Origin: Patescibacteria group bacterium
Lineage (GTDB): Bacteria; Patescibacteriota; JACPGU01
Assembly: GCA_041675145.1 (NCBI GenBank)
Contig: JBAYUK010000002.1
Span: 152,530 to 216,529, forward strand
Length of the DNA stretch: 64,000 nucleotides
Direction: 5' to 3'
The position numbers and the translations under genes were made by a program. The notes below the pieces were generated by a model. It saw only the letters and a program-made list of their open reading frames with translations, ran no database searches and was not told the origin of the DNA. Position 1 is the first letter of the stretch, and each line of letters begins with the position of its first letter. Positions 57,676 to 64,000 of this stretch are shown piece by piece.

Positions 57676-58031
57676 CTTTTAGCGTATCTATAAGCCGGGT
57701 TCTGTACCTTGATATAATCAAGGCGACAATCATCTCTCTAGCCTTAATATTGCTACTAAGGTCATGCGATAGGACTGTATATACATGCCAGGAACAGCTC
57801 AGTATATATAAGCCTTTCTATCTTGCACCAAGTGGGGTTTACCCTCGACTATGTCACCATAGCCGTAGATTCGCCGAAGCGAAGCGTTTCACATTAATCG
57901 TCTCTGTGGCACTATTCCCTAGATTTAGCTCTTGCGAGCGTATGTCTGGTGGCCGTTAGCCATCACTATGTTCCTGAGGTGCCCGGACTTTCCTCCCACA
58001 AGAAGCGGGCGATTGTCCAATACGCTAAAAG
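57676..58031 (-). ncRNA. rnpB: RNase P RNA (bacterial type A)
   Basis: Minus strand carries GGAGGAAAGTCCGGGCACC (P4 5' strand), GGGTAAACCCCAC, GTGCCACAGAGACG and ACAGAACCCGGCTTAT (P4 3' strand). The 12-bp P1 helix is CTTTTAGCGTAT/ATACGCTAAAAG. A TATAAT lies just upstream. Confidence 0.85.
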
Positions 58032-58072
58032 TCTATAAAAATTATACCTTTTACAGTGTAGAAAGTCAATTT

Positions 58073-58723
58073 TTACCTTTGTTTAGCCATTTTCTCAATT
58101 TCTTTGGAAATCACTGACTCTATAAGTTCTTTCGATTGAGCTCCTACGACTTTTTTGTCGTTAATAAATAGGGTGGGAGTAGAGGATAAGTTGAGTATTT
58201 TTGCCTCACTGATGCCTCCTTTTACCCTGTTCATCAGTGATTGGTTCTTGCTGTCTGAGTTGAAGCGAGACATATCGAGCTGTAAGAGCTTGGCAAAGGA
58301 TGTGAAGCTACCTATATCAAGGGTATCTTGGTTGGCAAAGAGTAGATCGTGCATTTCCCAAAATTTACCCTGTTTTCCTGCAGCTTCAGAGGCAATTGCC
58401 GAAGGTGTTGCTAAGGGGTGTATGCCTTCTAGAGGGAAATGGCGGTATACAAGCTTTATCTGGTTTGGGTAGTCTTGCATGATCTCATTTAGTACTGGCT
58501 CAAGTTGAGCACAATATGGGCACTGAAAGTCGCTGTATTCAATGATTGTAACGGGGGCATCTTGCGGTCCGAGAGCATGATCTTCTTCGGTGACTCTTGG
58601 TGGGAGTGAACTAGCAGCAATTGCGTTATCTTCTGGCTCGCTGATACTAAAAAGAGCAAATCCAAGAATCGCAAGAGATACTGTAAAGAGAAATACAGGA
58701 AGAATTTTTTGTATAAATGACAT
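58073..58723 (-). CDS. DsbA-family thiol-disulfide oxidoreductase
   Basis: N-terminal TM anchor, CPYC active site in thioredoxin fold. Confidence 0.75.
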   Translation of the reverse strand: MSFIQKILPVFLFTVSLAILGFALFSISEPEDNAIAASSLPPRVTEEDHALGPQDAPVTIIEYSDFQCPYCAQLEPVLNEIMQDYPNQIKLVYRHFPLEGIHPLATPSAIASEAAGKQGKFWEMHDLLFANQDTLDIGSFTSFAKLLQLDMSRFNSDSKNQSLMNRVKGGISEAKILNLSSTPTLFINDKKVVGAQSKELIESVISKEIEKMAKQR

Positions 58724-58748
58724 AAAAGGCGCTTTTTGTATAAAAAAA

Positions 58749-58819
58749 CTCAGGGACCTGGGCTCGAACCAGGATTGACGGCTTCAAAGGCCGCTGTCCT
58801 ACCATTAGACGATCCCTGA
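58749..58819 (-). tRNA. tRNA-Gln (anticodon UUG)
   Basis: Reverse complement folds as acceptor TCAGGGA/TCCCTGA, anticodon stem GCGGC/GCCGT with loop CTTTGAA, T-arm CCTGG-TTCGAGC-CCAGG; followed by a T-run. Confidence 0.85.
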
Positions 58820-58908
58820 ATGCCCAAAAATCGTATCATATTTAGTGAAAAATTAAAATAGTCTCGACTGGAAGTGTAATGTATGGATAATAAAAGAAAA
58901 AAACAATT

Positions 58909-60600
58909 GTGATTCAACAAGATATTTTTCTTCAAATTGGCTTTGCGATTATGTGTGCAACAATACTGGGCGTATTAGGTAAGCTAATGCGACAGCCTCT
59001 GGTAGTTGCCTATATATTAACTGGTTTCTTGCTCGGACCTTTTTTGTTTGGAGTAATAAATAACCAGGAAGTAGTATCTCTTTTCTCTACAATCGGAATC
59101 GCCTTCTTACTTTTTATAGTAGGAATGGAGCTAAATTTCGAACGGCTCAAGCAAATAGGGCACAGAGCGATTATTATTGGCGCTGTCCAGATAGTTGCTA
59201 GTTTTATACTCGGATACGCACTGTTGTTATTTCTGGGCTTTACCTCAATAGTTAGTTTCTATGTATCACTCGCACTCACCTTTAGTAGTACCGTTATAGT
59301 TGTAAAATTACTCTCAGATAAGAAATCTCTTTTCTCTCTACATGGAAAGATTGCTCTCGGTATATTAATTGTTCAAGATGTAGTAGCACTCCTTGCGTTA
59401 ATCTTGTTTTCAAGTTTTAGCGCTTCAGGATCAATATCGCTTATCTCTGGAGTGGAGATATTTACCAAAGGAATAGTTTTAACACTATTAGTATTCTTCT
59501 TAGGTAAATTTATTTTCTATAGAATATTTAGATACTTGGCGCATTCGGCTGAGCTGCTGTTTTTAGCGAGTATTGCGTGGTGTTTTTTTGTTTCGAGTAT
59601 CTTTGCTTACCTTGGATTTTCAATTGAAATGGGAGCTTTTGTTGCTGGAGTAACCTTAGCAGGACTTCCTTTTCATGAAGAAATAACCGCTAAGCTAGTT
59701 CCTCTTAGAGACTTCTTCCTTATATTGTTCTTCGTTACTCTTGGTATGCAGATAAACCCAGGAGTACTTTCTGGTGTCTTGCTCCCTACAGCTTTACTTG
59801 TTCTTTTCGTGGTTATAGTGAAGCCCTTCTTGATCATGCTTACTATGAACGGCTTGACCTTTAATAAGAGAACTAGTTTCTTTACTGCTTTTTCTTTATC
59901 TCAAATCAGTGAGTTCTCATTGATTATTGTTGCCCTTGGTTTGAGAGTGGGGCACCTCGACCAGACAATTGTCTCTATGATTGTAGTGGTGATGGGAGTA
60001 ACGGTTTTGATATCTTCATACATCATCACCTATATGGGACATATCTATGTTTGGGCGAGAAAGTTGCTGTATGTTCTTGAGATAGATTCAGAGGAAGACG
60101 ACCTTGAGCTTCCAAGAATTAAAAATCACACGATACTTTTTGGATACCGTAACCTCGGTCGTTTTATATTTCCAACACTTGAAAAGATAAATAAAAAGAT
60201 TGTAGTTGTTGACCTTGATCCAGATATTTATGACGAATTGACCAAAAAAGGTATCTACAATATCTACGGTGATGCATACGATCCAACAGTGTTAGACAAG
60301 CTCCACTTGCAGTACGCCAAGATGGTTGTTGCTACTTTCTCGGGAGTTAAGAGTAATAGCTATCTCGTACGCAAAATTCGTGAGCAAAACAAAAAGGCGA
60401 CCATTATATCTTTCTCGAATAAGTTGAAGGATGCGTTAGCTCTTTACGAGGCAGGGGCGGATTATGTTATTTTCCCACACATGTTAAGTGCTCAGTATTT
60501 AAACCAGATGCTACTTAAGACCAGCAGAAAAGACAAGAAGTTGGTTTCAATTCGTAAAGAACATCTAAAAACCTTGCGTTTACTAGATAAGAGTGTTTAA
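58909..60600 (+). CDS. CPA2-family cation:proton antiporter with C-terminal RCK/TrkA-N domain
   Basis: About 12 TM helices, then an NAD-binding-like fold LFGYRNLGR...VVVDLD. Confidence 0.8.
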   Translation: MIQQDIFLQIGFAIMCATILGVLGKLMRQPLVVAYILTGFLLGPFLFGVINNQEVVSLFSTIGIAFLLFIVGMELNFERLKQIGHRAIIIGAVQIVASFILGYALLLFLGFTSIVSFYVSLALTFSSTVIVVKLLSDKKSLFSLHGKIALGILIVQDVVALLALILFSSFSASGSISLISGVEIFTKGIVLTLLVFFLGKFIFYRIFRYLAHSAELLFLASIAWCFFVSSIFAYLGFSIEMGAFVAGVTLAGLPFHEEITAKLVPLRDFFLILFFVTLGMQINPGVLSGVLLPTALLVLFVVIVKPFLIMLTMNGLTFNKRTSFFTAFSLSQISEFSLIIVALGLRVGHLDQTIVSMIVVVMGVTVLISSYIITYMGHIYVWARKLLYVLEIDSEEDDLELPRIKNHTILFGYRNLGRFIFPTLEKINKKIVVVDLDPDIYDELTKKGIYNIYGDAYDPTVLDKLHLQYAKMVVATFSGVKSNSYLVRKIREQNKKATIISFSNKLKDALALYEAGADYVIFPHMLSAQYLNQMLLKTSRKDKKLVSIRKEHLKTLRLLDKSV

Positions 60601-60619
60601 ATAAAGTAATATCTCAACT

Positions 60620-61588
60620 ATGAAAAGATTTTTTATTGGCTTTATTACAGTGATCTTAATTTTGGCGGCAGTAGCGGCCATACTTTTTTTTGGAGGAAGT
60701 AATCTATTCGCGCGCGCATCTTTAAAGCCTAAAGCAGTAGATCTTACTAATATAGCCAAAACATCTGCGATCTCGGCTCCTCTCTATGCGTATGAAGTAG
60801 TTGAGCAATCGAGCTATATAACGCTAAAGCCAGGAGAAAAGAGCACACTTACACTTAAGATCAAGAATATCGGTAACACTACCTGGCAGCAAACAGGTGA
60901 ATTTCCTGTGTATTTAGCTACAAGTCGCCCAGACGAACGAGTTACCCAGTTCTATACTAAGGGCTTAGAAGGCTGGATCAGTGGGGATAGAATCCGTTTT
61001 ACGCAATCGTCTGTTGCGCCAGGAGAAACCGCAGAGTTTGTCTTTACAGTTGTAGCGTCAAAGAACCCGGGTATATATAGGGAATACTTTAGGCCCGTTG
61101 TGGAGCATGTTCAGTGGCTGTCTGACCTCGGAGTGTACTGGGATATAACGGTTCCGTCAAAAGATCCAAAAGCTAACTTAACAACGTATGTTAGTGGAAA
61201 GCCAGAAAAGTATATTTTAGTGGATATTTCAGAACAAAGACTCAAGGTATATGAAAATGGACTCGAGAAGTACTCGTTTGTTACTTCTACAGGTAGGTCA
61301 GGAATGGATACTCCAATCGGGGAGTTCACTATTCATAATAAATACCCAACTGCCTACAGTAAGCCCTTTGACCTATATATGGATAACTGGATGGCTATCA
61401 CCGCGGATGGTGAGTACGGGCTCCACTCGTTGCCATATTGGAAGCTGAAGACTGGTGGTCGTCTCTATGAAGGTGAAGAGCATCTAGGAACTCGTGTGTC
61501 GCACGGATGTATAAGGACTGGGCTAGAACAGTCTAAAATTCTCTATGAATGGGCTCGGGTAGGAACAAAGGTATATATACAGAACTAG
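60620..61588 (+). CDS. L,D-transpeptidase (YkuD domain) with N-terminal beta-sandwich domain
   Basis: Catalytic HxxxxxxSHGCIR; the N-terminal domain ...REYFRPVVEHVQWLSDLGVYWDI is shared with the C-terminus of the 41916 protein. Confidence 0.8.
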   Translation: MKRFFIGFITVILILAAVAAILFFGGSNLFARASLKPKAVDLTNIAKTSAISAPLYAYEVVEQSSYITLKPGEKSTLTLKIKNIGNTTWQQTGEFPVYLATSRPDERVTQFYTKGLEGWISGDRIRFTQSSVAPGETAEFVFTVVASKNPGIYREYFRPVVEHVQWLSDLGVYWDITVPSKDPKANLTTYVSGKPEKYILVDISEQRLKVYENGLEKYSFVTSTGRSGMDTPIGEFTIHNKYPTAYSKPFDLYMDNWMAITADGEYGLHSLPYWKLKTGGRLYEGEEHLGTRVSHGCIRTGLEQSKILYEWARVGTKVYIQN

Positions 61589-61705
61589 ACTAGTGTATTT
61601 AGGCGGGCAACCAATCCGACTCCTGGTTGCTCGAACTCTATATCTTTGTTATACTAGTTAAACCATGCTGTGCGAGCTGGTCTTCATTTTGATTAAAAAA
61701 GCATT

Positions 61706-63757
61706 ATGGCAAAAGAGCAAAAAAATCAACAATATACTGGTGAATCTATCCAGGTACTGGAGGGGTTAGACCCTGTCCGTAAGCGGCCTGGAATGTACAT
61801 CGGTTCAACTGGTGTAGCAGGACTCCATCACCTTGTTTGGGAGTTACTCGATAACTCTGTGGATGAAGCGATGGCGGGTTATTGTACTAAGATTATTGTT
61901 GAGCTTTTGCCCGATAACCGCGTGTCTGTTTTTGATAATGGTCGTGGTATTCCAGTAGATATCCATAAACAAACTGGAAAATCTACTCTAGAAACAGTCC
62001 TAACCGTTCTTCACGCAGGAGGTAAGTTTGGTGGTGGTGGATATAAAGTCTCTGGCGGTCTTCACGGAGTAGGAGCTTCAGTAGTGAATGCACTTTCTAC
62101 ATTTGTGCGCGCCGAAGTTATGCGTGATGGAAAGCTGTACGTCCAAGAGTTTAAAGCAGGTGTTCCAATTGGGCCGGTAAAGGCAGAAGGAAAAGTAGAG
62201 GGGACAGGAACAAAAATTACCTTTACGCCAGACCCAACAATTTTTGAAACAGTAGTATTCAACTTTAAAACTATTATTGATAAGGTTCGTCAAACAGCTT
62301 ACCTTACAAAAGGGCTCGAGCTTATTGTTGTTGATAGTCGTGAAGTAATTGAGGTTGGTACTGGGAAATCTAAGCAGGTATTCCCAGTTCAGAAACAGAG
62401 CTATTACTTTGAGGGAGGAGTTAGTTCGTATGTACTCCATTTAAATAAGAAGAAAGAGCAACTTCATTTCCCTCCTGTCTACATGAATAAAACAGTGGAT
62501 GATATTAATGTAGAAGTTGCCATCCAGTATACGAATAGCTTTACAGAAAACGTGTATAGCTTTGCAAACAATATCTATACCCCTGAAGGTGGAATGCATT
62601 TAACTGGATTCCGCAGTGCCTTAACACGTGCCTTAAATGACTACGCACGTAAGAATGGAATTCTAAAAGATAAAGACGAGAACTTGAGTGGTGATGATGT
62701 TCGTGAAGGTCTTACAGCTATTATTTCTGTGAAGATTACTAACCCGCAGTTTGAAGGTCAAACTAAGCAGAAGCTTGGAAACCCAGAAGCTCGTCCAGTA
62801 GTTGAATCTATTACAGCAGAAGGTCTTATCACATACCTCGAAGAAAACCCAGGTGAAGCGCGCAGAATGATTGAGAAAAATATTTTAGCTGCTCGAGCTC
62901 GTTTAGCAGCTAAAGCGGCGCGTGACACCGTTATTCGTAAAGGCGCACTCGAGGGAATGACACTCCCTGGTAAACTTGCAGACTGTTCTAGTAAGAAAAG
63001 AGAAGAGTGTGAAATCTACATAGTTGAGGGTGACTCTGCGGGTGGTAGTGCAAAGACAGGCCGTGACCGTAAGTTCCAGGCAATTCTGCCGCTAAGAGGA
63101 AAAATCTTGAATGTGGAGAGAGCGCGACTTGACCGTATGCTTGCTTCAACTGAAGTGAGAGCGCTTATCATTGCTTTAGGTGTTGGTATTGGTGAGACAT
63201 TTGATATTGAGAGGTTACGCTACGATAGAGTTATTATTATGACCGATGCAGACGTAGATGGGGCTCATATTAGAACTCTTCTTTTAACGTTCTTCTTCCG
63301 TCATATGCCAACTCTTGTAGAGGGTGGTCATATCTATATCGCACAGCCTCCTTTATATAAAATCACAAAGGGAAGAGATAGTTTGTATGCATACAGTGAT
63401 CAAGAGAAGGAAAGTATTATTTTGGAGATAGAGAAAAAGGCAAATGATTCAAAAAAGAAGAAAGAGGAGATTATTGAAGAAGAAGTTGAGATTGAGACAG
63501 GAGAGGAAGGTGAGGAACTAGTTGTTAAAAAGGGAACTCGTATAAACATCCAGCGCTACAAAGGTCTTGGAGAAATGAATGCAGAACAGCTATGGGAGAC
63601 TACTATGGACCCAAAGAATCGGATTCTACTACAAGTAGGAATAGAAGATGCGGCAAAAGCTGATGAGGTGTTCTCAACGCTTATGGGTGACGAAGTTCCT
63701 CCTCGCAAGAAGTTTATTCAGACTCACGCAAAAACAGTAAAGAATCTTGATATTTAA
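61706..63757 (+). CDS. gyrB: DNA gyrase subunit B
   Basis: GHKL ATPase motifs (ELLDNSVDE, GLHGVGASV), Toprim EGDSAGG, C-terminal QRYKGLGEMN; K/E-rich insertion in the C-terminal domain. Confidence 0.95.
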   Translation: MAKEQKNQQYTGESIQVLEGLDPVRKRPGMYIGSTGVAGLHHLVWELLDNSVDEAMAGYCTKIIVELLPDNRVSVFDNGRGIPVDIHKQTGKSTLETVLTVLHAGGKFGGGGYKVSGGLHGVGASVVNALSTFVRAEVMRDGKLYVQEFKAGVPIGPVKAEGKVEGTGTKITFTPDPTIFETVVFNFKTIIDKVRQTAYLTKGLELIVVDSREVIEVGTGKSKQVFPVQKQSYYFEGGVSSYVLHLNKKKEQLHFPPVYMNKTVDDINVEVAIQYTNSFTENVYSFANNIYTPEGGMHLTGFRSALTRALNDYARKNGILKDKDENLSGDDVREGLTAIISVKITNPQFEGQTKQKLGNPEARPVVESITAEGLITYLEENPGEARRMIEKNILAARARLAAKAARDTVIRKGALEGMTLPGKLADCSSKKREECEIYIVEGDSAGGSAKTGRDRKFQAILPLRGKILNVERARLDRMLASTEVRALIIALGVGIGETFDIERLRYDRVIIMTDADVDGAHIRTLLLTFFFRHMPTLVEGGHIYIAQPPLYKITKGRDSLYAYSDQEKESIILEIEKKANDSKKKKEEIIEEEVEIETGEEGEELVVKKGTRINIQRYKGLGEMNAEQLWETTMDPKNRILLQVGIEDAAKADEVFSTLMGDEVPPRKKFIQTHAKTVKNLDI

Positions 63758-63790
63758 TACGCCTACACGTTCTTAAACTAAATTATCCAT

Positions 63791-64000
63791 ATGGCAAAGA
63801 AGAAAGACATAACCGAAAACCAGGAAGTGGTAGCGCAGGTTGCCCCAAAAAGTGATATGCGTTTTGGGCAAGTAAATGCCCGCGGTATTACTGAAGAGAT
63901 GGAGCAAAGCTATCTAGATTACGCTATGAGCGTAATTGTTTCTCGTGCACTTCCTGATGTTCGTGACGGAATGAAGCCAGTTCACCGTAGAATTCTTTTT
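63791..64000 (+). CDS. gyrA: DNA gyrase subunit A (N-terminal fragment, runs off the window)
   Basis: ...[30 protein letters not shown]. Confidence 0.9.
   Translation, partial: MAKKKDITENQEVVAQVAPKSDMRFGQVNARGITEEMEQSYLDYAMSVIVSRALPDVRDGMKPVHRRILF

Noticed and set aside
57750-58117. Small plus-strand ORFs in the wbaP-dsbA gap
   Set aside because: The region is fully explained by the minus-strand RNase P RNA.
58750-58935. 61-aa minus-strand ORF
   Set aside because: It overlaps the tRNA-Gln(UUG) gene and its promoter region, so it is not coding.
63400-63560. Lys/Glu-rich low-complexity insert in gyrB as a possible intein or insertion element
   Set aside because: There are no intein splice motifs, and this is the normal variable insertion point in GyrB.

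Overview
This 64 kb window comes from a low-GC bacterium with small, compact genes. The backbone gene content (dnaE, rplS-rnhB-gltX, dnaX-dnaB, gyrB-gyrA, rnpB) would fit a CPR/Patescibacteria-like or other uncultured lineage, but I cannot assign the organism from sequence alone.

The window has three parts:

- Left core block (1-8.5 kb): a PH-domain membrane protein, rpmA, a THUMP-type RNA methyltransferase, dnaE, rplS, rnhB, gltX and tRNA-Gln(CUG).
- Accessory island (about 8.5-29.2 kb), starting immediately 3' of tRNA-Gln. It is AT-rich and mosaic. Five copies of a roughly 200-nt non-coding repeat cut it into cassettes. Each copy ends in its own intrinsic terminator, and the terminator stems differ by compensatory changes. 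Cargo includes a DUF62 SAM hydrolase, a 2H phosphoesterase next to an AT-rich HEPN-like gene, an ABC exporter, a RecB-like PD-(D/E)xK nuclease, an intact large serine recombinase plus a C-terminal remnant of a second one, two paralogous secreted proteins (one with a thermonuclease domain), a TerS-like HTH protein, two orphan DNA methyltransferases (one a ParB-N fusion), a LexA/S24-like repressor and a NUDIX hydrolase. The recombinase, repressor, TerS and methyltransferases, with no structural genes, look like a phage-satellite-like or degraded prophage module.
- Right side (29-64 kb): a run of small detox/acetyltransferase-type genes (GNAT x2, DUF1905, DUF1801, tandem PhnB/VOC, THEP1-like NTPase-SWIM, AAA_21 ATPase); a CPBP protease; a GAF-GGDEF gene interrupted by a frameshift in a G5 tract exactly at the GGEEF motif; an HD hydrolase; an M3-like peptidase; rsmE; tRNA-Glu(CUC); a GH5-like hydrolase; dnaX; dnaB; a cell-envelope glycosylation/polysaccharide cluster (GtrA, GT-C, GT2, DUF4012-like, GT4 x2, Wzz/BY-kinase-like, priming phosphotransferase); an unannotated RNase P RNA on the minus strand; dsbA; tRNA-Gln(UUG); a CPA2 antiporter; an L,D-transpeptidase; gyrB; and the start of gyrA.

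A second, smaller repeat family is also present: a conserved 12-bp-stem hairpin fused to an extended -10 box. In at least two of its copies it appears to drive leaderless mRNAs.
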